A DNA stretch of 64,000 nucleotides from Bdellovibrionales bacterium (GTDB lineage Bacteria > Bdellovibrionota > Bdellovibrionia > Bdellovibrionales > UBA1609). This document shows, one piece after another, positions 39,668 to 49,329 of this stretch (within the stretch, counting starts at the first letter, position 1; every line of letters starts with the position of its first letter). A model generated the notes under the pieces. The model was not told the DNA's origin, made no database searches, and was given only the letters and a program-made list of their open reading frames with translations. The position numbers and the translations under genes were made by a program. The stretch spans positions 1 to 64,000 of the forward strand of contig JBFWVI010000012.1 in NCBI GenBank assembly GCA_050246815.1, written 5' to 3'.

Positions 39668-39702
39668 TCAGACTTTCTCTTCCATCTTGAGTCGACCTGG
39701 GA

Positions 39703-39729
39703 TTGGGGATGGTGCTGCACCATCCCCAA
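39703..39729. repeat. Perfect hairpin ttggggatggtg-ctg-caccatccccaa
   Basis: 12-bp stem downstream of the secreted-protein pair; no clear T tract. Confidence 0.6.
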
Positions 39730-39798
39730 GTTCATTCAGCTGTGCCAAATAGGAAGCCTCATGACTCCCGTCAATGAACCTGCAACAAAATCAGCAAG

Positions 39799-40219
39799 TT
39801 GGTGATTGTTAAAACTCATGGGCACGTCAGGAAGCTTAGCGCCGCGCTCTTTGAGATCAAATTCAACAATGGAAACCGCCCCTGCTGCAAGGAAAAGATT
39901 GTTGACGGCAAGGTTATGATTTTAATTCTTGGAGGAAATAAAAATGGACAAGACAAAGACATCAAAAGGGCGCAAAAACAGCCGAAAAAATCCATAGTGA
40001 TTAATGGTGTTGAGTTAATCCGCCATGATCCCTCATTGATTTTTAAGAATCACAGGGAAATCAAATTGGCTTTGTCAGAAGCTTTGATGGGGGGTGATAA
40101 GGACGCCTTCGTCGAAATCCTGTCTGGTTACGTTCGGGCCCAAAGCTATCAGTGACGATGGCAACCCGTCACTCGATACACTTTGTAAGATCATGACGTC
40201 CTTCAATAAAGCTGCCTAG
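39799..40219 (+). pseudogene. Degraded RelE/HigB-type toxin fused to antidote remnants (HI1419/HI1420-like module)
   Basis: LFEIKF...MILILGGNKNGQDKDIKRA toxin fragment runs into LSEALMGGDKDAFVEIL; antidote tail AISDDGNPSLDTLCKIM is in another frame. Confidence 0.65.
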
Positions 40220-40487
40220 CCAATCGCCGCAATATTAGATCTGACGTCTGCATGACATTTCCTCCAACCTGCGAATGGCGGTAATGACTGTACTCGGGGG
40301 TGCCCCCAATATTTTGCAAATCTGCCTTGAGCCAAGCCCTTGATGCCTCACTTGGCCGTGCATCGTCCACGGCTGGGTCTAGCTAGATGGAAGTCTAGAG
40401 CTTTAAGTTATTTTCAGTTCATGCTGCTACAGTGCGCCAGCCATTGTTATATTTCGAGTATATTTCGCGTCCAGAGTCTGAGTTGCA

Positions 40488-41321
40488 TTGTGGGGTGCGT
40501 CGTTGAAGTTCTTCTCTGATCAAGCGGATTTTTTTTCAGACGTCAGCGGTGAGGTTGGGAACTTTTGCGAAAAAGTGAAGGTCTTTCATCTGAACATGTG
40601 GGAAAAAGTGAAGAACGAAAATGGCGTTTTTGTTCACGAGGGTTTGCCCCCTAAAGAGGTGGTCGCCACCACTCATCAAAAACAGATCAGCCACTTGGTG
40701 CAAAAAAACAAAGAGGGCTTTTGCCAAGATCTTAAGCTGGCGGGCTTGCTGGTTGAACATCCTGATCAGTACTTTACTCAAGGGCCGCTGATTGTGACCG
40801 CAGGTCAATTGCAAAGCTGTCAGATATTTTTTGATAGTGCAGCAGATAAAGAAAAAACTTTTGATCGCGCGATAGGCTTTTTAGATGCGCTTCAAAGCGA
40901 GATTACAAATCAGGCTGCAGTTGTAGTTTTAGAGGAACTATTTATGAACGCCACCATCGACGCGCCAAAAGAAGCGCAACGCAAAGGGCTTCAGCCGAAC
41001 AAAAAGCAATGTGAGTTTTATCTGTGTCATGACGAAAATACGTTGCAAATATCCTGTTCGGACCCTTATGGCTCACTTGATCTTAAAAAACTACTTGCAC
41101 GTATGGATGAGGTTTATCGAAAGGGTGCCGGAGAAGCCATTAATTTTGACGGCGCTGGTGGCGCGGGTATTGGTTGCTATTTACTCTTTGAACAGTGCAA
41201 AACATTGATTATAGGCGTTCGTCCTGGACTGCAGACGAAAGTCTCGTGCTTGATACCACTAAAAATGAGCCGCCGCAGAAAAAGTGAAATAAGTAAAAGT
41301 CTGCACAGTTTTGAGTCCTAG
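40488..41321 (+). CDS. HATPase-like (anti-sigma factor kinase-like) protein
   Basis: LEELFMNA N box, SDPYG, GAGIG G box; no His-phosphoacceptor domain recognised; start uncertain. Confidence 0.6.
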   Translation: MWGASLKFFSDQADFFSDVSGEVGNFCEKVKVFHLNMWEKVKNENGVFVHEGLPPKEVVATTHQKQISHLVQKNKEGFCQDLKLAGLLVEHPDQYFTQGPLIVTAGQLQSCQIFFDSAADKEKTFDRAIGFLDALQSEITNQAAVVVLEELFMNATIDAPKEAQRKGLQPNKKQCEFYLCHDENTLQISCSDPYGSLDLKKLLARMDEVYRKGAGEAINFDGAGGAGIGCYLLFEQCKTLIIGVRPGLQTKVSCLIPLKMSRRRKSEISKSLHSFES

Positions 41322-41458
41322 CATTCGCGGCCTGGCGATTGAGGACAGCTGGACCAATTGCCAGTCGAATTTGAATTCTCTTCTCGGTTTGTGCCAGTGC
41401 GCTATCATGTAAATGATTTGTTAATAGTGTTTAAGAGAAATTTGATCAGGAGCTAATC

Positions 41459-41968
41459 GTGCGTGTAAATATCCTTCCACAGTCAATGGTTTTCGAGGGT
41501 GTCTTGGATGAAAACACTTCTCTTGATGACTTAAACGCGGCCTTTGCAAAGCTTAAGGCGGCTAATCCCAAGGGGGTCATTACGCTGGATTTGTCAAAGG
41601 TCGCCCGTGCCAACTCGAGCGGCATACTGACCTGGCTCAAATTTTTAAAAAATTCGAACTACCCGTTCAAGTACGTCAATTCACCGGTTTGGCTGGTGAG
41701 TCAATTTAATATGATTTCAGGCTATTTTGAGGGCGGAAGTTTTGTTGAAAGTTTTCAGGCGCCCTACTACGCGCCACAATCGCAATCTTCTAAAAGCTTC
41801 AACCTGATCATCGGTCGCGATGTGCCCCTGCAGCAAGATTATTCAAATTTTTCTTTTAAGAATCGCACCGTCAATGGAGAAGAATTTGAAATTGATTTTG
41901 AACCTGAACAATATTTTCAGTTTATTGCAGTCAACTATGAAAACTTTAAAAGCTTAAAACATGGTTGA
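41459..41968 (+). CDS. STAS-domain anti-sigma-factor antagonist-like protein
   Basis: EGVLDE...LDLSKVARANSSGILTW. Confidence 0.7.
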   Translation: MRVNILPQSMVFEGVLDENTSLDDLNAAFAKLKAANPKGVITLDLSKVARANSSGILTWLKFLKNSNYPFKYVNSPVWLVSQFNMISGYFEGGSFVESFQAPYYAPQSQSSKSFNLIIGRDVPLQQDYSNFSFKNRTVNGEEFEIDFEPEQYFQFIAVNYENFKSLKHG

Positions 41969-42932
41969 AGTTACGATTTTCACCCACTTTTCAATCGCCC
42001 GCTGGCCCTTGGTCAACAAAATGAGCGGCATCGCCAAATGCCTTAATGTTGATCTTATCCATTGTCCCAAAATTGAGCTTCTTAAGCAGGCTCTCACCAA
42101 CGTCAAAACCAAGAAGGTCTTGCTGCTGACGGATGACGGGATGATTGATTACATATTGGCTCTCGATAAAGAGGTTTTTGACTTTGAACTCGAGATTGCA
42201 GTTTTTATCCAGCAAAAACTTTCCAAGTTTGCAGAAAAAATCAACCAGCTAAGCCGCGTGCGGTATCTGCTGGAGTTTGACGAGAAAGATGCCTTCGTTG
42301 GCCGTCATCTTGCAATTCTTGTCAAAAAAGTGAAGGACAACAATATTCTTGATTTGAACAAGTACCTTGGCTTTGGCGCCGCGATTCAATCAAAAACAGT
42401 AAACTCCAAAAGCAGCAAGCAGAGCGCGGTCGAGGAAATTTCATTTTTTATTGAAAATTTGGGTGACCCCAAGCACGCCAATCCATTTAAGGAATACGCA
42501 AGACGCATAACCGAAATGGTGGACGAGTTGATTATTAATGCCATTTTTGGTGCAAATCCAAGAATGAAAGATGCTGATCGCTCCGAAGATTTTAGGCTCG
42601 GCAAAGAAGAAGAGGTTTATTTGTCCTGGGGCTACGATGGCGAGTATTTTGGGGTATCGGTTCGCGACATGTTTGGCCAATTCAGCGTGGAGTCGATCAT
42701 GCAGCACCTTTCGATGAAACCTGAATTTGAAAACATTGTGCAGTCGAAAAGCGCGGGGCTTGGGCAGAAACTGGTCGTCGAGCGTGCGCACCAAATCATC
42801 ACCAACGTGCAGGTCAAAAAAATCACTGAAGTGATTGCAATCGTCAAATTTGAAAATCGATTGCTGGACTACGAAAGAACAAAAAAGTCATTTTTTTATT
42901 TTACAGAAGGCAACGGCGCAATCTTCAATTAA
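41961..42932 (+). CDS. HATPase-like (anti-sigma factor kinase-like) protein
   Basis: VDELIINAIF, SVRDMFG, SAGLG motifs. Confidence 0.6.
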   Translation: MVEVTIFTHFSIARWPLVNKMSGIAKCLNVDLIHCPKIELLKQALTNVKTKKVLLLTDDGMIDYILALDKEVFDFELEIAVFIQQKLSKFAEKINQLSRVRYLLEFDEKDAFVGRHLAILVKKVKDNNILDLNKYLGFGAAIQSKTVNSKSSKQSAVEEISFFIENLGDPKHANPFKEYARRITEMVDELIINAIFGANPRMKDADRSEDFRLGKEEEVYLSWGYDGEYFGVSVRDMFGQFSVESIMQHLSMKPEFENIVQSKSAGLGQKLVVERAHQIITNVQVKKITEVIAIVKFENRLLDYERTKKSFFYFTEGNGAIFN

Positions 42933-42968
42933 AAAAAACCATCAAACACTATTACAGCAGGTAACAGC

Positions 42969-44114
42969 ATGAAAACAAATCAGATCATCATAAAAAATCA
43001 AAATCTTCTGACGGCTTCCTTGGATAAAATCAACGAAAACGACCCACAGCTCGGCATTGTATTCGCATCAACGAATGCGTTTGAAAGCGCAGACTTCATT
43101 CAGAAGTTAAAGAAGTCTTCACCTAAGATTCAATGGGTCGGCTGCAGCACAGCGGGCGAAGTCAGTCGCTCTGGGGTTACGGATGACACTACAATTTTAA
43201 CGACCATCCATTTTGACAACCCAAAATCAAATTTTCGAATTGCTGCCAGCAAAGTAACCAATGCCGACGACAGCTACGCAGCCGGAAAACGACTTGCCGA
43301 AGAGCTAAATAATGAAAATTTGCGCGGACTTGTTGTTATGGCGCCAGGGGTAAACATCAACGGAAGTCAGCTGGTCAAGGGCGCCAGCGAAGCTATCGGC
43401 AATAAAGTCGTTATGACCGGGGGGCTGGCCGGCGACGGTGGAAAATTCGTAAAGACCTATACTCTTTCCCCTTCAGGGGTCTCAAGTGATCATGTCATCG
43501 GCATCGGATTTTATGGCGATACGGTTAATCTTCAGTACGGGTGCCGCGGGGGATGGGATGCCTTTGGCAAAGAGCGTAAAGTCACCAAATCAAAGGCCAA
43601 CATTCTTTATGAGCTCGATGGTAAGCCAGCCCTAGACGTTTACAAAGAATATTTAGGGGAATATGCGAAGGATTTGCCGGCATCCGGCCTGATGTTTCCG
43701 TTTTCACTGATGAGCGGCCAAGAGGCCGGAAATGATTTGATCAGAACAATTTTGGGCATCAATGAGGCCGAAGGTTCTTTAACTTTAGCGGGCAACATCG
43801 AACAGGGGTCCACGGTTCGGCTGATGCACGCCAGCACAGGCGGCTTGGTGAATGGTGCGAAAGCAGCGGCCACCCACGCCATACAGGGCGGACGCGGCCA
43901 ATCCTCTCTTGCGATCATTGTCAGCTGCGTTGGGCGCAAGCTGGTGATGGGTGCCAATGTTGATGAAGAGATCGAAGAAATCGCAGAGATGTTTGGCCCC
44001 CAATGCACACTCACAGGTTTTTATTCGTATGGAGAAATCAGCCCTTTTGGAACTTTGATGACATGCGAACTCCATAACCAAACCATGACGATTAGCTATA
44101 TTTACGAAAACTGA
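42969..44114 (+). CDS. FIST N/C domain sensor protein (NosP-like)
   Basis: GCSTAGE, GGLAGD, NILYELDGKPA, SCVGRK, GFYSYGEI, LHNQT. Confidence 0.93.
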   Translation: MKTNQIIIKNQNLLTASLDKINENDPQLGIVFASTNAFESADFIQKLKKSSPKIQWVGCSTAGEVSRSGVTDDTTILTTIHFDNPKSNFRIAASKVTNADDSYAAGKRLAEELNNENLRGLVVMAPGVNINGSQLVKGASEAIGNKVVMTGGLAGDGGKFVKTYTLSPSGVSSDHVIGIGFYGDTVNLQYGCRGGWDAFGKERKVTKSKANILYELDGKPALDVYKEYLGEYAKDLPASGLMFPFSLMSGQEAGNDLIRTILGINEAEGSLTLAGNIEQGSTVRLMHASTGGLVNGAKAAATHAIQGGRGQSSLAIIVSCVGRKLVMGANVDEEIEEIAEMFGPQCTLTGFYSYGEISPFGTLMTCELHNQTMTISYIYEN

Positions 44115-45718
44115 TGAAGAGCAAGCTTCTTAAAAGGCTCCTCAAAAAAGGTTTTGCGGTCAGTTCTCGTGGCGAGCTGCATGAGCTGCTTATAAAGCGT
44201 TGTGGAAAAGCGGAAGCTTCAGACAGCGCGGCAGGGTCGATTGATTTTGTCGAAGAGATGATGACCATTCTGGACACAGTAGACCGGGCCATTTGTGATT
44301 CCGATCGAGTGATCGAAATTCGTGACCGGACGTTGGCCATCAGTTCTGCAGAGATGACCTCGTTAACTAATGAAATTCGAGCTCATTCTGAAAGGCAGGC
44401 TTCAGTTTTACGTCGGCTGCAAACCACCGTGGATCTTTTGGCGGGGTCGAACTCGGCAACCGGCCAAGAACAAGACATAGAAAAACTTGTCGTTTTTGTA
44501 GAGCAACTAGTTCAGCATCAGATGAATTCAGCAGAGCTGCAAAAGCTGCTTTACCAAGAGGGTTTAAAGATTTGCTCGGTGCTCAACTTTAAGAGTCTCG
44601 AATTTCAAATAAAATCCTCGTTTCGCCATCTGACTGGAGCCGACGTAAGGTTTTCAATTTTCTTTTGTGGCAATTTATTTGAAGGCAAAGATCCGATTGA
44701 TTATTACCAATGTGATGAGCACAATCAGGCCATCGAAAACAAAAAGCTGTCGATGGCGGAACAAAAGGAAGGCGTTAGTTTTATCAACATTGACTCGCCG
44801 GGGGGGAATGGCCGATTGGCGATCATTCAAATTGGTGGGGGTTCTCAGGCACAGGGGCTTGATCTAAATATGGCCCTAGAGAGGATTTCGCCATTGGTGC
44901 CGAGTATCGCTTCAACTCTTGAAAACATCAAGCTGCTGAAAGAAGAAAAGCACAAGCAGTACATGGAAAATGAATTAAACACCATTCGCATTGTGCAGCA
45001 AACTTTGTTGCCCCCGTCATCACCCAATATTTTTGCGAAAGATATCGAGGTCAACGGCTATTATCAAAGTGCGACTGAATGTGGGGGCGATTGGTGGACA
45101 CATTTTACTTTGCCCGATCAGCGTCACGTGGTTTTGCTTGGGGATGTTACTGGGCACGGAACCGGAAGCGCCATGGTTTGTGCGGTAGTTAAGGGATATT
45201 GTGATTCATTTCTAAATCAGCCTGATTTTAAGATTTCAAAAATGCTCAGCGAATTGAATGCGGTGGTTTATCGAATTTCTAAGGACCTTGATCGTGCCAT
45301 GACCATGGCGGCGTTGGTCATCGACACCAAGCTCAACAAAGTGGTCTTCTCAAATGCAGGTCACCCTTTACCGATACATATTGCTGCAGGCAGTGGCGGA
45401 GGTGCGATCAAGCACCTTTCTTGTTCGGGACCAATTTTGGGGTTTTCAGCCGAAGCCGAGTTTATTGAAATGACCTATGATTTTAATTTCGGCGATAAAA
45501 TTGTGCTTTATTCGGATGGTTTGGTGGAGTGCCCGAATCGGCAAGATGTCATGTATGGAGAGGGACGGCTGCGGCGACTGATCGCAAGCGCCGGAGTGGA
45601 TAAAACCGCTGCCAACCTCAACAGTGAAATCATCAAAGATCTAAAAAACTTTTGCCTTGGTGAAGGGCTAAAGGATGACCTGACCACCGTTGTGGTGCGA
45701 AATCTTTCTGGGGCCTAG
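44114..45718 (+). CDS. SpoIIE/RsbU-type PP2C phosphatase
   Basis: VQQTLLP, GGDW, GDVTGHG, NAGHP, YSDGLVE, DDLT. Confidence 0.93.
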   Translation: MKSKLLKRLLKKGFAVSSRGELHELLIKRCGKAEASDSAAGSIDFVEEMMTILDTVDRAICDSDRVIEIRDRTLAISSAEMTSLTNEIRAHSERQASVLRRLQTTVDLLAGSNSATGQEQDIEKLVVFVEQLVQHQMNSAELQKLLYQEGLKICSVLNFKSLEFQIKSSFRHLTGADVRFSIFFCGNLFEGKDPIDYYQCDEHNQAIENKKLSMAEQKEGVSFINIDSPGGNGRLAIIQIGGGSQAQGLDLNMALERISPLVPSIASTLENIKLLKEEKHKQYMENELNTIRIVQQTLLPPSSPNIFAKDIEVNGYYQSATECGGDWWTHFTLPDQRHVVLLGDVTGHGTGSAMVCAVVKGYCDSFLNQPDFKISKMLSELNAVVYRISKDLDRAMTMAALVIDTKLNKVVFSNAGHPLPIHIAAGSGGGAIKHLSCSGPILGFSAEAEFIEMTYDFNFGDKIVLYSDGLVECPNRQDVMYGEGRLRRLIASAGVDKTAANLNSEIIKDLKNFCLGEGLKDDLTTVVVRNLSGA

Positions 45719-45726
45719 GGATAGCT

Positions 45727-47037
45727 TTACGGCGTCGACAGGGCTGCGTTACAGCTTGAGTCGACATATGGTCGAATGTTCGTAAAAAAAGCGTCGATGG
45801 GCGTGTTTTGGCTTTGCTTTGCAAGCAGCCACTGCTCCAGGTCATTCAAAAGGGATTCCGCGTAGGGGAAAAACGCATGATGCTTGTTGACCGGCATCAT
45901 TTTGTCAGCGATCAGGCTGGAAATACCTGATCGATATTCGACTTTGAAGCTGACCCAAGAAGATGAATACAAAGGGCCGATGCGTGTATTAGAAGTCAGG
46001 CCGCTGAGGCGCGATAGCTTAACGCCAGGACCCGCAAAAACTTGAGTGTGTTCCTCTTGAAAGCGTAAATTGGGTACGGCATTTATTTTTTCGTAGTAAA
46101 ACACAGAGTGACCGGGTTGAGTTTGTGTTGTGTGAACAAGCGTGTTGACGGCAAAGGGGCCGTTGAATTCGTGCTTCCCATCGCTCATTACTTTAAAATA
46201 ATAAGCAGTTGTTGAATCTGGATCTGTGACCTGGCGGTTCGCGGCTAGCGACTGGTTGTTGGCGTCGACCCGCAATACAACTCCGGAGTCTTTATCCATG
46301 CCCGTCTTGGAGTCTCGAGCGAAATAGATAAAGTTATTTTTTTCAACGATACCGTTGGGCTCGAGCTTATTGTAATTGGCCGGGCGCGAAGAGCCGGGTG
46401 GATTACCTAAATAAAGATCCGTTACGTCTTGTCTGGTTCGCACAGGGCTAGTTGCGAGGCTTGGCTGGACCATCTTAAATTTGTAAGTGTATTGTGCCTG
46501 GGGTTCGGTGAATTTGAACTCAAGCTCATCACCGGTTTTGCCAACACCCAGCAATGAAAGGTGTCGCCCGGTTTTATGCGCGAATGAAATGGGGAAAGGG
46601 ATTTTGACTACACTTTGATCAGGAATAAATTCGTATGGCACAAAAGGGTTTAAATCATTGGCATCGACGGGCAATTGAAATATTTCGCCACTGGCAGAAA
46701 TCCAATCCAACGACCAGCGGTTACACTCGGGGTCCCCCGGGGCGCAATTCTCAAGCTCACGATAAACCAGTGCGATCACGCCAAACTGATGGGGGTCAAT
46801 TGGAACTCGGCCAACCCCGTACTGTACGGCACGAGGATCGACCTGATAAATGGCGCCGACCTTAACGAAGTTGACTCGAAAACGAGATGGGTTGGCCTGG
46901 GCCTGTTCGGCCGGGCCCAAATGCAGGGCAAGAGCGACAAAAAGGGTCACAGCTTGGGCGCTTATCTGAACCAGCTTATCGCTTTTTATCCGTCTTGCAG
47001 GCATAGCGGTCTGAATAGCAATAAAGATGCCGAGCAT
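45727..47037 (-). CDS. Hypothetical secreted protein
   Basis: 436-aa ORF with hydrophobic leader ending AQA; start uncertain. Confidence 0.65.
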   Translation of the reverse strand: MLGIFIAIQTAMPARRIKSDKLVQISAQAVTLFVALALHLGPAEQAQANPSRFRVNFVKVGAIYQVDPRAVQYGVGRVPIDPHQFGVIALVYRELENCAPGDPECNRWSLDWISASGEIFQLPVDANDLNPFVPYEFIPDQSVVKIPFPISFAHKTGRHLSLLGVGKTGDELEFKFTEPQAQYTYKFKMVQPSLATSPVRTRQDVTDLYLGNPPGSSRPANYNKLEPNGIVEKNNFIYFARDSKTGMDKDSGVVLRVDANNQSLAANRQVTDPDSTTAYYFKVMSDGKHEFNGPFAVNTLVHTTQTQPGHSVFYYEKINAVPNLRFQEEHTQVFAGPGVKLSRLSGLTSNTRIGPLYSSSWVSFKVEYRSGISSLIADKMMPVNKHHAFFPYAESLLNDLEQWLLAKQSQNTPIDAFFTNIRPYVDSSCNAALSTP

Positions 47038-47127
47038 GGCAGGACCTTCGTCACCGATGTCTAAAACCGAGTGGCGGGCGAGGGATGGGCATTGCTACAA
47101 TCAAATAAAGGTCTATTGGGTGAAGAT

Positions 47128-48180
47128 ATGAAATTGTTCTTTTATGTGTGCGTGGCACTGATGAATGGATTTTCACCCAGCGCATGGGCCTTAGAGATGA
47201 AATCACAGGACCGTTTGGCCGCACTAGTTCAATATCAAAATTTATCAGATAACTTTGACGATTTATTAAATGAAATGGTCGCCTTTGGCGGCTTAACGAC
47301 GCAGGAGCGCGGAGCGATCGAATCCTTTTTAAAGGCTCAATCCATCACCAAGGCGACCGCATTAACAAAAGTATCGTTCAAAGAGCAGACACTATCATGG
47401 GGTGAAGTTAGTCTGACGTTGCAACCCGACGGCACATTTAAAACTCAAGATGGAAAAATTTTGCGAAGCAGCAAAAGCGAATCACGAGATCTCGTCTTTA
47501 AAAAGACCTTTAATGCGCTGGTCGAGAAAAAGTATTCTATAAAACGGCATTGGCCAATGTTCTTGGAAGAGGCGCAGGCCGAATCGAGTATTGAATTCCG
47601 GCACGCTCTTGCAACGGCGAAAGCTGTGAACGCGGCCACCGCAGCATTAAGTCGAACTCTATGGGCGGCCCTTTCGGGGTTAGCCGTTCCAATCTGCGGC
47701 GTTAGTGGTATTCCGCTGGACGGCATTTCTTGGTGGATGAAGAAACTCATTCGCGAAGGCAAAGTCGTTTGTGACGGCCGGGACTATGTCATGCTTCACT
47801 ATGATGAGTTTTGGAAGCAATTTGAAGCCGACTATAATGAGGCCCTCAAGCGGGTCGGCGGGCAAAAGTCGTTGTTTGCTGTGACAGACCAGGCCTTTTC
47901 GGCCGCATGTTTTGGACCCTATGCCAGAGTCATATTCGGAGACCACTTTAAGGCCGAATCTAGAACAAGAATGAAAGAAATAAACGCACTTGATTTGCGA
48001 GATGCGTTTCCTGACAAGTCGGTTCCATTTTGCAATTCTAAAAGTGTGAGCATCGCAAATGATTATATGAAGGCGAAAATGGTCGCACTTAGGCGTTTGT
48101 TGGATGAGGCCGCACAAAAGGCAAGGTTCGGTTCAAGCCATTTAGCGCCACGGCCCACTTATCCTGGAGCTTCAAGGTAG
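47128..48180 (+). CDS. Hypothetical secreted protein
   Basis: Signal peptide ending AWA; long ORF. Confidence 0.7.
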   Translation: MKLFFYVCVALMNGFSPSAWALEMKSQDRLAALVQYQNLSDNFDDLLNEMVAFGGLTTQERGAIESFLKAQSITKATALTKVSFKEQTLSWGEVSLTLQPDGTFKTQDGKILRSSKSESRDLVFKKTFNALVEKKYSIKRHWPMFLEEAQAESSIEFRHALATAKAVNAATAALSRTLWAALSGLAVPICGVSGIPLDGISWWMKKLIREGKVVCDGRDYVMLHYDEFWKQFEADYNEALKRVGGQKSLFAVTDQAFSAACFGPYARVIFGDHFKAESRTRMKEINALDLRDAFPDKSVPFCNSKSVSIANDYMKAKMVALRRLLDEAAQKARFGSSHLAPRPTYPGASR

Positions 48181-48188
48181 CCTTTGCA

Positions 48189-49301
48189 CTAGGGGGTTTT
48201 CAGTAAGTAGGCGTTCTGCTGCATATCATTCACAAGTACAAATGCCTTCAAAGCCTTAGAATAAGAAAAACGTTTGTAGGTCCCTGTTTGTTGCGCGGAT
48301 CCGGGGCCTCCGGGAAAAGATTTTGCTGTCCACGTGGCAGAGTCAAAGTTAAAAACGTAAGCGGCATCGCCACCGTTCCAAGCCACAATTGCCGCGGCTT
48401 CATCACTATAAGCCAATCCTGGATATCCGGAACTCACAATCGGATTGCCGCCGCTTGTGCTGAGTGTCTGTCGAGTGTAGGGTCCCGAGGCGGAGGAAAT
48501 ATCATAAGAATAGACAGAGCCTGAACCAACAATAAGCATTCTCTTTCTGACTGGATCGATCACAGCGGTCATAGTATAAGTCATCGCATTGTCGCCCGAA
48601 ACCTGCGCGATCACGTTTGTCATCGGGTCATAGCGATAAAGGTAGTGGTCGTCGTGAATGAAAACCTTTCCTGAATTGGGATCGTAGGCTGTGACCAATC
48701 CTGGAACGGGCCGTGGTGTGGGGCCTGAAGGTGTTTTTCTCTCCCACCTCATGGTCACCAAATCAAAGGTCCAAATATCACTCCCAAAAGCGCCATTGAC
48801 TCCTGCATAGGCACCGCCAATGACAAAAAGCTTGTCGACGTTTTCCATGTAGGCCAGGCCGTCATAGGTATGTCGACTATTGGGCTGTGTCCCACCCGCG
48901 ATAGCGGGGGGGCCATAGCTGCCATCCATCGGCGCAAGAGGTAGTCCTGGATCGTTCAATCGTTGGATCGTTTTGCTAGTTAGGTTTACGGCATAGATTT
49001 CGTTACCGTAATAATCATTGTGTCCACCGCCCCAAACAAGAAGACGATTTCTTTTGGTGTCCATAAAGGCACTGCTCCAGGCGGTTACAACACCTCGACA
49101 ATTGGTACTAAAAGCGTAGTTTGTTCCTCCAAAGTTGTTGGGTGGGCACAAGGTCTGCAACTTTGTATTGGCTATTTGAGTCCAGCCCGTGCCAGGTACC
49201 GAAGATGAAGTGATTTTGATTGTGGTTGGTGACGAGGAGAGCGTTACCGCATGCGCGGCGGAAGAGACCAAGATGAATGATATGACTACAAATTGCGACA
49301 T
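48189..49301 (-). CDS. Secreted Kelch-like beta-propeller protein
   Basis: Signal peptide; LVWGGGHNDY, SRHTYDG, FVIGG...IWTFD...W, AYDP repeats. Confidence 0.75.
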   Translation of the reverse strand: MSQFVVISFILVSSAAHAVTLSSSPTTIKITSSSVPGTGWTQIANTKLQTLCPPNNFGGTNYAFSTNCRGVVTAWSSAFMDTKRNRLLVWGGGHNDYYGNEIYAVNLTSKTIQRLNDPGLPLAPMDGSYGPPAIAGGTQPNSRHTYDGLAYMENVDKLFVIGGAYAGVNGAFGSDIWTFDLVTMRWERKTPSGPTPRPVPGLVTAYDPNSGKVFIHDDHYLYRYDPMTNVIAQVSGDNAMTYTMTAVIDPVRKRMLIVGSGSVYSYDISSASGPYTRQTLSTSGGNPIVSSGYPGLAYSDEAAAIVAWNGGDAAYVFNFDSATWTAKSFPGGPGSAQQTGTYKRFSYSKALKAFVLVNDMQQNAYLLKTP

Positions 49302-49329
49302 TACGCACTCCTGTTTGTGAGATCAGCCA

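Noticed and set aside
39799..40155. Intact 118-aa gene
   Set aside because: Mosaic of toxin and antidote fragments; treated as a pseudogene.
40252..40275. Possible third att copy (...ttcctccaacctgcgaa) ending the relic island
   Set aside because: Only partial similarity, and the CTACCA core is absent; could be chance without a comparative genome.
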